Shown here one piece after another: positions 1 to 11,545 of a stretch of 64,000 bases of DNA. Below the pieces are notes generated by a model. The model saw nothing but the letters and a program-made list of their open reading frames with translations, had not been told where the DNA came from and searched no databases. This DNA is from Vicugna vicugna (lineage: Eukaryota). The stretch spans positions 5,161,779-5,225,778 of the forward strand of contig MU058198.1 of the NCBI GenBank assembly GCA_013265495.1. The letters are read 5' to 3'. Every line of letters starts with the position of its first letter. Within the stretch, counting starts at the first letter, position 1. Position numbers and translations under genes: made by a program.

Positions 1-258
1 AGACACCCAGGAATGTCTACCCAGGGACATGAGAGAAGCGATTTAATTTAATTTATCATATCTGAACAACATATGAATATGGATTTTTAAAAGTATAAAA
101 TATTAGAATAACCTATAATAAAAAGCTATATTCATCTGTTGAATCTCTCCCATTTTTGTCTCCAGTTTTAACCATTATCATCTTTAAGTCTCTTAGTGGT
201 ACTGTCCATATTTTAAGACAATATTCTCATTCTATTATTTTTTTATTTATCAACTTTA

Positions 259-390
259 CTAAAAAAAATTTTTTTTTGGTAGGGAGGTAATTAGGTGCAT
301 TTATTTTTTTAATGGGGGTACTGGGGATTGAACCCAGGACCTCGTGCGTGCTAAGCATGTGCTCTACCACTGAGCTATACCCTCTCCCCC
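259..390 (-). mobile_element. tRNA-Ala-derived SINE (camelid Vic-1-like), full length
   Basis: Reverse complement reads GGGTATAGCTCAGTGGTAGAGC...GGTTCAATCCCCAGTACC followed by the CCTAATTACCTCCC tail and poly-A. Perfect 16-bp TSD TTATTTATCAACTTTA at 243-258 and 391-406. Confidence 0.95.
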
Positions 391-1324
391 TTATTTATCA
401 ACTTTAGACATTGTTTTTGACCTCCTACTGTATAGGTGGTAGGTTAGCTTTCTTGTGTCACCCCCAACACAAACGTTCCTTCCTCTCTCCTTTCTCCCAA
501 TGTAGGTCTGTCACTATTCTTGGTAATTCTGCTAGTTCTCTCCTATTCATTCAAAAAGTTTTCTTGAAATGCCTTTGCTAGTTTGCTAAACCATGGAGAG
601 ATGGTTAGTTGTTTGAACTTGGATTTGAAACCAGGGTAGGAGTTTTCGAGGAGGACAAGGATGAGTAGAGTGGCAATAAGGTTGGACGTTCCAGATGGAT
701 GGTAAGTCATGTAAAATGATGTACAGGAGTAGAGGAGTATTTTACTCCTATGGAACTTGTGGTACCCACACAGTATAGAACCCAAAGTCTAACTGCAAGC
801 TGTCTGGTGAATTATCCAGGGCAGTGTGTGTGGACAGAGTAGGATCAGGAAATGAAAAAAAAGTAGATTAGAACAAGTCAACCCTGGACTTGTCACAAAA
901 GCAATTCCTGTCACCCATACAGTCTCATTAGTAAAAATAAGAAGCCCAGAGTGTTTTGCATTGAAAAATATTTTCCCAGTCAGACGTGAAATATTTTTAA
1001 ATGTCACAGCCCTTTTAGCTACTTTCATATTTTGAAAATCAAACAGAAAGAGGTATTTTTCAATTAAGTCCTGTCTGGGGTAAATTTGTAAATAATAAAG
1101 GCTGCATGAAAAAAAATCCTGTTTTGCCAGTCTTTGGTCTGAGAATTTGATTAAAGAACATCATATTGCTAAAATCTAAACTTTCCTTTTGCATAAATTG
1201 CTATATATGAGGTTACATTTTAACCAACATTTCAGAGCATTTAATTAGAATGTGTCAGTATGCTAGGAACTTTTGTGGGCCCTAGTGCAGTGAAGCTTCA
1301 ATAAAACCCTGTGAGATAAGTATA

Positions 1325-1567
1325 CAGTTGTCCCTCTGCATTCGTGAGGGATTGGTTCCAGGACCCCTGCGGATACCAAAATCTGGAGATGCTCAAGTTC
1401 CTTCTCTAAAATGGTGGAGTACAGCTGCCCTTCTTAATCAGCTGGTTCTCGTGCATGCTAAGCATGCGGTCTGTCACTGAGCTGTTCGCATCCCCCCATC
1501 CACTGGTTCTGATTCAAGGTTTGTTGAATCCGTGAATGAGGAATCCGCGGATACAGAGGGTGGACTG
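1325..1567. mobile_element. Non-autonomous TcMar-Tigger DNA transposon (MER2/Tigger2-like)
   Basis: Terminal inverted repeats CAGTTGTCCCTCTGCATTCGTG and CGCGGATACAGAGGGTGGACTG, TA dinucleotide on both sides, and internal GATTGGTTCCAGGACCCC..GGATACCAAAATC motif typical of MER2. Confidence 0.85.
1450..1497 (-). mobile_element. 5' half of a Vic-1-like SINE/tRNA-Ala (tailless) inserted in the Tigger element
   Basis: Reverse complement CAGCTCAGTGACAGACCGCATGCTTAGCATGCACGAG matches the SINE head up to the anticodon arm. Flanked by ATCAGCTGGTTCT (1437-1449) and ATCCACTGGTTCT (1498-1510). Confidence 0.8.
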
Positions 1568-1599
1568 TAATTGTCATCCATGTCATTTACATAACAACA

Positions 1600-1800
1600 G
1601 CAACCATTTCTGTATGTATTGTATTCTACCAATTGTCTCATGCAATATTATTTCTTAATCCTTACAACATTTCTGATAAGCTTTACTTTTCCCCGTTTTG
1701 TAGATGAGGACATTGAGATCCACTAAGTGGGAGCATTATAAATTTCCCACACTTCTTGGATAGTTAAGCTAGGATTCTGGCCTTAACCTAGCTGGAAATC
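1600..1800 (-). mobile_element. MIR SINE remnant
   Basis: CCCCGTTTTGTAGATGAGGACATTGAG resembles the reverse complement of the MIR core. Confidence 0.6.
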
Positions 1801-2599
1801 TTAACCAGCAGGTGTAGACTCTGCAAGACAGACCCACTTTGCTAGACACTAGTCTAGCTGCCCTCCTCTGTACCATCCCAATTCCTAGGGCAAAAGATTT
1901 TGGGAATTGGATCTTATTGAAAGGCATGCCATTATGCCTTCTAACGTTAAATTGCTACAACTGAATTCTTCCTGAGTAATGCTCGTTCACTCCTCTCAAT
2001 GGATGACAGCCTTGACGGGAAAATCTGCATCTAAAAACATCATGCTGCCCAGGAATCTTAGTGAAAATGCTAGAAGAAAAGGAAGGTCAGAAATGCACCC
2101 ACATGTTGGGCTCTAGGATATACTAGAAACACTTGCCCAAGAATATTTTGTAGAATATCAGAAATGTAGGTTCTTGGAATAAGAAAAAAACCTCAGAGAT
2201 CATCTGGTCCACTCCTTTCTTTCCCTGCCCAGCAAGGTTCTTCTCTGTGACATTCCTGGCAAAAGGTCAAAAGCACCTGCTTGGACACATTCCCCAGTTC
2301 CTTGCTGCACGGAGTAGAACCCTAACCGTTCCCTGGAATTGCTAGTCACGTGTCCCTATTTTTGTCTTCCGACCTCAGATACAAATCTGCTTCCTTCTTT
2401 CACATTTTTATTCATTTAGTCAACTATATTTGTTGTACTCTTACCATGGATCTGGTAGACATATGGGAAGAAAAATCATGTAAGTAGCTGGACATACATG
2501 CCCCAAAGCCCTAAAGTGGAAAGAAGAGCTTGTACTCCTTGAAGAACTGGAAGAAGTCCTGCCTGGCTGGATAAGAAACTGTCTTAGGGAGCACTTGAT

Positions 2600-3650
2600 A
2601 ATGTGCTCAAAATGATAAGGATATATATTGAAAAGTCAAGGAACCAACCTGAAGGACCACTCCCCTGGCCAAATGAGGGACCATTTAATCATCAAAATAC
2701 ATGATGATAGAAATGGATTCTAATCCATCAAATGAAATAAACATTAGTGAGTCAACTCTGTCATAAACTGATGAAAAAAATGCATAAACACTAGAAGAAA
2801 GGGCAGTTCCTTCTTACCAAAAAGTGCCACTAATAAATACAGAGAGAATGACGGAGTTAGAAAATTGTCAAGGAATCATAAAATTTGTGGGTAAAAAGTT
2901 TTATGGGGCATGAAGTATTTATGTATTTTCTCACAAGATGCTTCTTAATAATAAAAGGGAAAAATGGAAACTTTCTAGTGGAGATACTTAGTGATACCAT
3001 TTTAACCCGATGATCAAAGTTAGCACTGCAGGTTTGGGGACATCACGGGCCTCTTGATGACATACTGAGGAGAACACAGCATTGTCTCTGTGGAGTCCTG
3101 ACAAAATTCTGAACCCAAATCCAGTCATGAGGAAACATCAGGCAAACTCAAAATCAGGGACATTCTACAAAATAACTGGTCTGCCCTCTTTTAACGTGTC
3201 AAGGTCGAAAAAGACAAAGGCATGGCACTGTCTTTGATTAAAGGAGATGAAAAAAAATACATGACAACTGAAGGCCATGCATGATTCTGGATTGGATCCT
3301 AGACTAGAAAATAAAGAGCTTGAAAGGATATATGAGGAGAATTGACACATTTTGAATATGGCTGTGGATTAGATAGTAGTGTTACCTCACTGTTAAAATT
3401 TTTGATTTTGATAACTGGCTATTATGTAGGAGAATGTTTTTGCTGTTAGAAATACATTCTGAAAATGCACATCACATCTCAGAAAAAAAAACTCTATGCA
3501 TAATTACTTATTTAACATCATCTATCTATCTAGAGAAAATATAATTCAAATAGGGCAAAATGGAAACAATTGATCAATCTGAGTGAGGAGAATGTGAGAG
3601 TTCATACAACTTTTCTATACATTTGAAATTACACCAAAATATACAAAATC
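2600..3650 (+). mobile_element. Ancient L1 3' end (L1MC4/L1MC5-like), splitting an L2 remnant (about 2400-2590 and 3655-3975, minus strand)
   Basis: CATGAGGAAACATCAGGCAAACTCAAAATCAGGGACATTCTACAAAATAACTGG and GATTCTGGATTGGATCCTAGAC motifs of L1MC 3' UTRs, with L2-like sequence on both sides. Confidence 0.75.
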
Positions 3651-4859
3651 AAGATTAGCTGGAGAGGTAGGTAGAGTTAAATGCAGAGATCATGCGGGTC
3701 CTTGTTTATCATCTCATGGATTTGGGGTAAGAACATTTGGAATCTCTTGAAAGGTGTTCATTTCAAGTGCATCAAGAAAGAATGTGGAAACCACTCTGGC
3801 TGGGCAGGAGGTGATCGCGTCTGTCTATGGCAGGAGCGTGGAGCCTGGGACGTGGAGAGGGGTTTAGGTGGAGGTAGAAGAAGTTGATGTTGTGACTAAG
3901 CGAGTGTGGGAAGTGAGGAAGAGGAAGTGTGCCTTGAGCAAGTGGGTGGATGGCTCCTCTCACTGAGTTGAAATAGCAGGGCTGGCAGACTCCTCTGGAC
4001 CTGTGACAGTCTGGCTCTGCCTTTCACAAAGAGGGGTGACTAGACCTGAATGCACTCCTCCATGCTGTGTGTTAAAGCCTGATGCTTAGTGACGGAGCAT
4101 CTTTATTTTCCCCTCTTAAGGAGCTCATGTCCCTATCTGTTCAGCTACCTGTTGAGTCCTCTTCATGATTCAAACCCCCCTCCCCAAATCTCCTCTGTAT
4201 CTCCAGTGCCACTGTTTCGGACAAAACTATCTTATTTCTCTCTTCCAAGCTTTCTAATTTCTTTATACCTTAACTTTATCTCTCCTGTCTCACATCCATC
4301 TTCACACTGGACAGTAATACGCAAATCTGGTGATGTTTCCCTTACCATAGGAGGATCCCCAATTCCTGATAGAACTGGATCCAGACTTCTTATCTCGGCA
4401 TGCAAAGGCTTCAACTGCGCCGTCCCCTCCTTTACAGTTGGCTCTCCTCCTTCTTATTCACTAGGTCAGTAAGGCACAGTACCTAAGAGCACCCCAACAC
4501 ACAACCACTACACTCTTTATTCAAGTTTTTTTTTTTCAATCTGAGAATTTGTTACGTTGTATGGAAAATGGTTATGACAACATGGCCACGCTGGTAAGGT
4601 TTTATTGAGGAGATGCTGGTAGAGAACTCAGCACATTGCTTGGCATATAGCAGTGGCCATGCTCTAGGTGGTTGGACAGAGTGCCTCTCCCCACACTCGT
4701 CATTGTTATTTCCTCTCCTGGGTCTTTGCAGTTGTTGCTACACAGCCAATTCTACACAACTGTAAAGGCTCAGACCAAATGCCATCTCTTTTGGAAAACC
4801 TTCTAGAATGTTCCCAGGCTCTGGGTACATGTCCACGGAGGAGTGGTAGCCTAATTATC

Positions 4860-5330
4860 TCACTGGTCCAACAAATATTTATTGGGAGCACACTGCTTGC
4901 CAGGAAATATTCTGACATGGGAGCTAGACCAGTGGAAGGGATTTGTTGTCCTCGTGGAACATACACGCTAGCGTGGAGAGGCAGAAAATTAAGAAAATGA
5001 ATAGCCATACAAGGTAACTGGAGAAAATGCCCAATTTCATACAAGGAATTAAGCATAGAATTGTGAAAGAGAGTGACCTGGCATGGCGGCTGTGGTAGAG
5101 AAGGCAGTGAGGGAAGGACTCCTTGAGTTCAAAAGCGAGCTGAGAACTCAATTAAGAGGGGAAACCGTGGGACCTGCAAGAGGAAGAATATTGCAGGCAG
5201 TTGCAAAGGACTTGGAATGGAATTGAGCTTGTATTGACCCGGGGACCCAAGGTGACTGGAGTGTTTTGAACAGAGGGTAGAGAGGAACACGATGAGTTTA
5301 CAGAGCAGTTTATAAACTAGATTGTAATCT
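4860..5330 (-). mobile_element. L2 LINE 3' end
   Basis: CAACAAATATTTATTGGGAGCACACTGCTTGCCAGG is the reverse complement of the L2 3' terminus. Confidence 0.7.
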
Positions 5331-5789
5331 AGTCAGGCACGAGATTATGCAGGACCGGAGAAGCATGACTAAGTCCCAGCTGTCTGAGGATGGATGGTCT
5401 GTACATTCCACCTTATAGTGGAATGCAAATCTGCTGGGAAAAGTGGAGAATGATTCTGGTCAGATACAGGTAATCTGATGTGGGTTGTTTTCTAAACATG
5501 TTGTTATGGTTAATTCCAAAAATAGGAAGGTAACTAATGAGAGGAAATTGCAGTGAAAGCGCATTGAGGAGTGCATCTCTGAAAGTGTCAAAAGCACTGC
5601 TATTTGCTTTCCTTGCAGGGGAAAATACGTACTTTATTTCACCACAACACCCTATCAGAAGTTATGGTGGAACAAACCTTACTTTGCAGGTAAGTATCTG
5701 AGAATCATGGAGTCCGTCAAGGAAAGATAAATAAATGAAAAGAAAAATAGCTTCTGAGACTTATCTTTAAAAACGAAGATATTCAACAA

Positions 5790-6300
5790 TTTGTTTATCC
5801 ATCCCTCCATCCATTGAAGGACCTTTGGGCTGTTTCCACATTTTGGATATTATGAAAAATGTTACTATAAAAATTCATGTCCCAGTGTTGGTGTGGGCAT
5901 GTTTTCGTGGCTCCTGGGTATATACTCAGGAGTGAAAGTTTTGGGTCGTGTAGTAAACCTATGTTTGATGTTTTGAGGAACTGCCAAACTGTCTCCTGCA
6001 GTGGCTGCACTATTTTATATCCCCACCAGCAATGTACAAAAGTTCTTATTTCCCCATGTTTTCATTAACACTTCTTCTTATTTATTTATTTATTTATTTA
6101 TTTAAAGACATTGTAAGGGGTGTGATGTATCTGGCTGGGGTTTGTTTCCTCAATCAGTGGTACTGAACATCTTTTCATGTGCTAGTTGGCCATTTGTGTG
6201 TCTTTGGAGAAATGTCTATTCAAGTCCTTTGCCCATTTGAAAAACTGGGTTGTTTGTCTTTTTGTGGTTGATTTGTGAGAGTTCTTTACATATTCTAGAC
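5790..6300 (-). mobile_element. L1 (L1MB-like) ORF2 C-terminal remnant
   Basis: Minus-strand translation QPLQETVWQFLK...LLHDPKLSLLSIYP matches the L1 ORF2 C-terminus ([28 protein letters not shown]), with frameshifts. Confidence 0.9.
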
Positions 6301-6304
6301 TTTA

Positions 6305-6595
6305 AACCGATATGAAACCCTGAGGCAAATCCAGAGAGAAAACGCAGCTTAGAAGTCACCAGGCAGAGCTGGGAGGGGAGCGTGAGAAGTAATTACTTAA
6401 TGAACATAGGATGTTTTTATGGGTGATGAACATGTTTTGTTGGTTGGTTATTTTTTTGAGGGGAAGGGGGGAGAAGTAATTAGGTTTATTTATTTCTTTA
6501 TTTAATGGAGGTACTGAGGCTTGAACCCAGGACGTTGTGCATGCTAAGCATGCGCTCTACCGCTGGACTGGAAAATGTTTTGAGAGTAGAGGAAG
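6305..6595 (+). mobile_element. L1MB-like 3' UTR fragment, interrupted by a SINE
   Basis: AGGCAAATCCAGAGAG...TTACTTAATGAACATAGG..GGGTGATGAACATGTTTTG resembles the L1MB 3' UTR. Confidence 0.65.
6440..6570 (-). mobile_element. Vic-1-like SINE, slightly 5'-truncated
   Basis: GTAATTAGGTTTATT...GGAGGTACTGAGGCTTGAACCCAGGAC..GCATGCTAAGCATGCGCTCTACC. TSD GAACATGTTTTG (6428-6439) / GAAAATGTTTTG (6571-6582). Confidence 0.92.
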
Positions 6596-7164
6596 CTGAG
6601 TGTGAAAGACCAACAGAGGCAGACAGCTGGGTGTCTGGTCCCACACAGGTGCACCCCATGGTAACTTATTCAGGTCTTTATTTGACAGCCTCATGGTCCT
6701 CAAATTCCCATTATTAGACTCCACCCCGCCCCTTGCTCCTGAAATTAAAACAAAAACAATAATTCCCTGGGAACGCCTATCTCATACGCAGTAGATAGTT
6801 TTGCAGTTGGAAATTGGGCTGGCCTGGGTGGGAACAAGGAAGCCTGACACTGGGTCCTGGTTTTCACTTTCCAGCTCCAAGACTTCAACGTCTCCTACAG
6901 AAGATAAGGGTGTGCCTTATATTAGCTCTCAATTTTCCTCTGCACCTCATTCAATCACTCATTTATTCATCAATTATTTATTGAGAATGTATATAAGGCA
7001 CTTTATGACTTGCCAGATATATGGTGGTGGGCAAGTTACACATAATCCTGTCTTTGTGGAATGTATAGTCTAGCAGGAGAGATGGACACGTTTAAAAGCA
7101 GCTGTAGGGCTGTATAAAGAAGACCGTATTAGGGTAAGCAAGTGTAATGTGGATGAGCATATAA

Positions 7165-7404
7165 ATGTGGAGGGATAAATTAGGAGTTTGGGATTTGCAG
7201 ATACACATTACTATATAAAAAAATTGATCAACAGCAAAGACCCACTGTATAGCACAGGGAACTCTATTCAGTACCTTGTAATAGCCTAGAATGAAAAAGG
7301 ATATGAAAAGGAATATGTATATGTGTGTATATCTGAATCACTTTCTGTACACCAGAAATTAGCACAACATTGTAAATGGATGATGCTTCAATTAAAAAAA
7401 AAAA
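7165..7404 (+). mobile_element. Cetartiodactyl-type L1 3' end with poly-A
   Basis: GGAGGGATAAATTAGGAGTTTGGGATT...CTGTATAGCACAGGGAACT...CTGTACACCAGAAATT...CTTCAATT followed by poly-A. Confidence 0.9.
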
Positions 7405-7410
7405 CCACAG

Positions 7411-7548
7411 TGGCGAGGGTATAGCTCAGTGGTAGAGTGCATGCCTAGCACGCATGAGGTCCTGGGTTCAATCCCCAGTACCTCCATTAAAAATAACTAA
7501 ACCTAATTACTCCCACCAAAAAAAAAAAAAAAAGAAAGAAAAAAAAAA
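7411..7548 (+). mobile_element. Vic-1-like SINE, full length
   Basis: GAGGGTATAGCTCAGTGGTAGAGTGCATGCCTAGCACGCATGAGGTCCTGGGTTCAATCCCCAGTACCTCCATT followed by tail and long poly-A. Confidence 0.95.
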
Positions 7549-8329
7549 TCCAAAGCACATAACCTCCTTTTGAGAGGTGGGCTGGGCCAGGAAAGGCCAT
7601 TTGAGCTGAGGAGAATTGCTTTGGTAAAGTCACAGAGGAAGAATATTCCGTTGCTCCTTGCACGGGGAGAACAAGGCTTGGAATTAAGAGCCAGCGTGGT
7701 GGCTTGAAGGAAGTAAGAGGATTTCAGTGTGGCTGGGGGCAGTGAACGCACACAGCAGGAGGCTGAAGAAGCAGAGAGAAGCTGGATCATCTAGGGTCTT
7801 GTTTGCTATATTAAAGTTCTGCAATACGCAGGATTCTCATTTCTTGTTAGTCCAACTCGTCGCCAGTCTTCTGAACATTCTCATGCCCAAGGCATCAGAG
7901 ACGGAAGCCTATCCTGCACGAAAAGCCAGTGTCTTTCACACCCTCTGTTTCTTCCCAAATGTCTCTGGCAATTGCTTATGCCTGGGTTCTGTCCAGCTCT
8001 CCTGGCAGAAGACAGAAACATACACACATCTTCCAGCCTGGGCTCGGAACACGCTCTTCCCTTCAGAGAGAATTGCTGCTTGAGACATCTAATTTTACAG
8101 ATCATGGTTTTGGAGGAAAAAAAAAATGTCACCCTCGAAGTGGGTGGGAAATGACTCCCTTCCGAGAGAGAGATGGAAATGTCAAGACACGTGGGTTGGC
8201 CCCCAAACTGGATTTCTGGTCAGTGCACCCAAAGAGCCAGGAAATCCCAGACCTTCTTCTCCCCAGCCTGGTGCACAGTAGTGCAGGTTTGGAAGCTGGC
8301 AAACGCTTACCCCTGGGATCTTTCTTACC

Positions 8330-8700
8330 CTCTGAGCCATTTCTCATGATGCTTCCCCTGCCTGGCCCCTCTCCCTTACCCCCTGGGTGCCTCCCTCATA
8401 TCCTTCTGCTTAAATGTCGTCTCCCTGAACCCAGGTTTGGCTCGGATGACCTACTCTGTGCATCCAGAGCATAGTCCACACAGTTTTGTCAAAATACTCG
8501 TCCTGCTGTTTTATCATGACTGTTCTATTGGTTTTATGTTCTCCTCCTATCGAACCTGGATATTCATGAGGGCCAGGTAAATATCTATCTTATTTCCGAT
8601 TTTTCTCCCGAGCACATGGAATAATAGTACGTGGTGGGTAAATAGTGCTTGGTAATTTTTTGTTGATGAAGGGATATATGAATAAACACATGAACGAATT
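8330..8700 (+). mobile_element. L2 3' end remnant
   Basis: Ends in AATAGTGCTTGGTAATTTTTTGTTGATGAA, with upstream ATTCATGAGGGCCAGG, both L2-like. Confidence 0.55.
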
Positions 8701-9282
8701 CTGAGGGCCTGCAGTCTCCCTTGGCTAAGCCTTTTCCCCTAAATTGCTTTCATTTTTTTTTAAGGCCTCAGTGCCTCGCATAATCAAACGTCAGGACCAG
8801 AAGAGACCTTGTAATAAAAAGTCAGTGATTCCCAAGTTTGGTCGGTGGGATGCTCTCTTGATGAGGAAGAACCAGTCTGGATCTGGGTACAAGTGAAGGC
8901 AAAGGGATAACATGTAGCTGAAATAAGCATCTGCTATGCTTTCTTGAGTAGGGGTGGGGAATTACGTAGTTCCATAGGGATTATAGGTAACCTGCCACCT
9001 GGAGGGTCCCCACCATGTGAGCCGTGCCAAAGAGGAACTAAGAGATGAGACATCCTCGTGTAGTCCGACCTTCTGTCAGACCTGAAATCCTTAGTGCAGC
9101 ATTGCCAAACGAACTGCAGTGAAGTTTCTGCTTGGTTACTCTTCCTGCTGGGGAGCTCCCTACATTTCAATATATCACTTATCCCAGAGCTTTTCAGTCT
9201 CAGCACTGTTGATATTTCAGGCTGGATGACAATTTTTTTTTAATGTTTCTCATCTTTATTATGTGCTTACAAAATTTATCTC

Positions 9283-9395
9283 AGGGGAGGGTAGAGGTCA
9301 GTGGTAGAATACATGCCTAGCATGCAAGAGGTCCTGGGTTCAATCCCCAGGACCTCCATTAAAAAATAAATCTATAAACCTTAAAAAAAAAAGGG
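9283..9395 (+). mobile_element. Vic-1-like SINE with shortened tail
   Basis: GGGGAGGGTAGAGGTCAGTGGTAGAATACATGCCTAGCATGCAAGAGGTCCTGGGTTCAATCCCCAG. Perfect 11-bp TSD AAATTTATCTC (9272-9282, 9396-9406). Confidence 0.93.
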
Positions 9396-9519
9396 AAATT
9401 TATCTCTACCTTTGCGTGGTTTTTTAAAGAATACCGTATATATGTATATACACAAACATATGTATACACACATATACATATATATTCTGCAACTTACTTT
9501 TCCCCCTCCTTATTTATTG

Positions 9520-9940
9520 TTTATTCTTTTACAAAATGAAGACATTAACACTGATGCAATAATACTGTTTAAGCACAAACCTCGGTCGTCAGATTCCAGC
9601 AATGATTCCGTAAATGTCTTCAGAGTAAGAACATCGTGGGTGATACATTAAATCCAGTCTCCTTTTACCCGGAACGGTTTCTCAGTCTTTCTTTGTGTTT
9701 CATAGCATTGACATTTTTTGAAGAGTACTAGGTGATTCTTACATAGGATGTCCTTGAGTTTTGGTTTGTTTGATGTTTCCTCATGGTTAGAATCAGGTTT
9801 GCACTTTCGGCGGAAATGCTACCCAAGGGATCTTGTGTTCTTCTCAGCGCATCATGCTGGGAGGCACGTGATGTCCACTTGTCTCCTGCTGGTGATGTTA
9901 ACTTTGATCACTTGGTTAAGGCCAGGTCTACTGGGTTCAT
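9520..9940 (-). mobile_element. Ancient L1 3' UTR (L1MC4/5-like)
   Basis: TTTGATGTTTCCTCATGGTTAGAATCAGG and GATGTTAACTTTGATCACTTGGTTAAGG are reverse complements of motifs also seen at 3000-3170. Confidence 0.75.
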
Positions 9941-10264
9941 TCAGGACCTTGAACCAAAATTGAGGGCTCTCTCTGCTACCCAGAATTTTCAAAAGCGGGA
10001 ACTCATGCTTTTGCAGGTGGATGAGCTGACTTTATGGGGATATGTTTTTATTATCATAATTGTCTGTTTATTTGAATGCCTTTTTGGAAAAACAGATACA
10101 ACCAATCTATCAACCCTGTGGCTCCTGGATCTTGAGTTTAGTGTGAGACTGGGAGAGATCCGTGACTAAAAAGAGAAAACAAAAAACGAAAAGCACGGTT
10201 ATTTGGATTAGGCCAAATATAAGTAGATTGTCATAGTTGGGTTTTGTGAATAAGAGGGATGCTC

Positions 10265-10445
10265 TTCCAGGTCCCAGCCCTGTGACCTTTGACAAGTGAC
10301 TTAAGCTCTTTGTGCCTCTCATTTCTTCATTTGAGAAATGGGGACGGGTAGAACTGACTGTAGAGAATTGTAGTAAATATGAAAGGAGTTAATAGATGGT
10401 AAGCACGTATTCAGCATTCAATACGTGGCATTAATATTACTATTT
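10265..10445 (+). mobile_element. MIR SINE
   Basis: TGTGACCTTTGACAAGTGACTTAAGCTCTTTGTGCCTCTCATTTCTTCATTTGAGAAATGGGGA, the MIR core. Confidence 0.8.
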
Positions 10446-10523
10446 TATTACTAGCACAGCACAGATTGTGCATGATTATGCTAAGTCATGTTGGTGACAC
10501 ACAAGAAATAGCTGAAGTTTGAG

Positions 10524-10700
10524 GGGGAGGGTGTAGCTCAGTGGTAGAGCGTGTGCTTAGCATGCCTGGGGTCCTGGGTTCAATCTCCAGTACCTCCATT
10601 AAAATAAATAAATAAATAAACCTAACTACTTCCTCCTCCTGCAAAAAAAANNNNNNNNNNNNNNNNAAAAAAAAAAAAAGAAGAAGAAGAAAGAAAGAAA
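10524..10700 (+). mobile_element. Vic-1-like SINE; its poly-A tail contains an assembly gap
   Basis: GGGGAGGGTGTAGCTCAGTGGTAGAGCGTGTGCTTAGCATG...; perfect 21-bp TSD AAGAAATAGCTGAAGTTTGAG (10503-10523, 10701-10721). Confidence 0.95.
10651..10666. other. Assembly gap (16 N)
   Basis: Run of n characters inside a SINE poly-A tail. Confidence 1.
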
Positions 10701-10775
10701 AAGAAATAGCTGAAGTTTGAGAAATACCATGCTGTATCCTTCTAATACTCAGGAAGATAAAAACCAGTAGGAATA

Positions 10776-11545
10776 CACCTCGCACCAGTCCAGAATGGCC
10801 ATCATTAAAACGTCCACAAGTGATAACTGCTAGAGAGGGTGTGGAGAGAAAGGAGCCCTCCTGCACTGTTGGTGGGGATGTAAATGGGTGCAGCCACTAT
10901 GGAGGACAGTATGGGGTTTCCTTAAAAAACTAAAAATAGACTTACCATATGATCCAGCAATCCCACTCCTGGGCATATATCCAGAGAAAAATATAATTCA
11001 AAAGGACACATGCACCCCACTGTTCACAGAAGCACCATTTATAATAGCCAAGACGTGGAAACAACCCAAATGGCCATCAACAGATGACTGGATAAAGAAG
11101 ACGTGGTATATATTTACAATGGAATACTACTCAGCCATAAAAAAGACTAAAATAATGCCACTTGCAGCAACATGGATGGACCTGGAGATTGTCATTCTAA
11201 GTGAAGTAAGCCAGAAAGAGGGAAAAAAAAGCCATATGATATCACTTAAATGTGGAATCTAAAAAAAAAAAGGACATAAATGAATTTATCTACAAAACAG
11301 AAACAGACTCACAGACAGAGAACAAACTTACAGTTACCAGGGGGTATAGGATGTAGGGAGGGGTAAATTGGGAATTTGAAATTGAAAACTGCACCTCCTG
11401 GGGAGTGATGGAAACGTTAGCTGTCTTAATTGCAGTAGTGGTTTCACTGGTATATACATCTATCAAAATTCATCAAATTGTAGATCTGAAATACGTGTAA
11501 TTTACTGTACAGGAACCATACCACAATAAAGGTGTTAAAAAATAT
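10776..11545 (+). mobile_element. 5'-truncated young L1 (ORF2 C-terminus plus 3' UTR) with an atypical 3' end
   Basis: ORF 10888-11262 translates to the L1 ORF2 C-terminus. TSD AGTAGGAATA at 10766-10775 and 11546-11555. Confidence 0.93.
10888..11262 (+). pseudogene. L1 ORF2p C-terminal fragment, open but 5'-truncated
   Basis: [31 protein letters not shown]...WKQPKWPSTDDWIKKTWYIFTMEYYSAIKK...WMDLEIVILSEVSQ is the characteristic L1 ORF2 terminus. Confidence 0.93.

Larger units (their letters stand above)
6950..7830 (-). mobile_element. L2 3' end hosting a nested L1 and SINE
   Basis: CATTCAATCACTCATTTATTCATCAATTATTTATTGAG terminus; L2-like sequence resumes after about 7560. Confidence 0.7.

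Noticed and set aside
7411..7490. tRNA-Ala-like genes (also at 259-390, 6440-6570, 9283, 10524, 16212, 33079)
   Set aside because: Each has stem mismatches and a shared non-tRNA tail with an A-rich end, and most have TSDs, so they are SINE copies rather than tRNA genes.
7929..8474. Longest ORF in the track (181 aa)
   Set aside because: Non-ATG start, no recognisable domain, and the 3' part runs into an L2 remnant; consistent with chance.
10486..10866. 126-aa minus-strand ORF
   Set aside because: Spans an N gap, an antisense SINE and L1 sequence; artefact.
10888..11262. 124-aa ORF as a host gene
   Set aside because: It is the C-terminus of L1 ORF2 in a 5'-truncated insertion and begins at GTG, not ATG.
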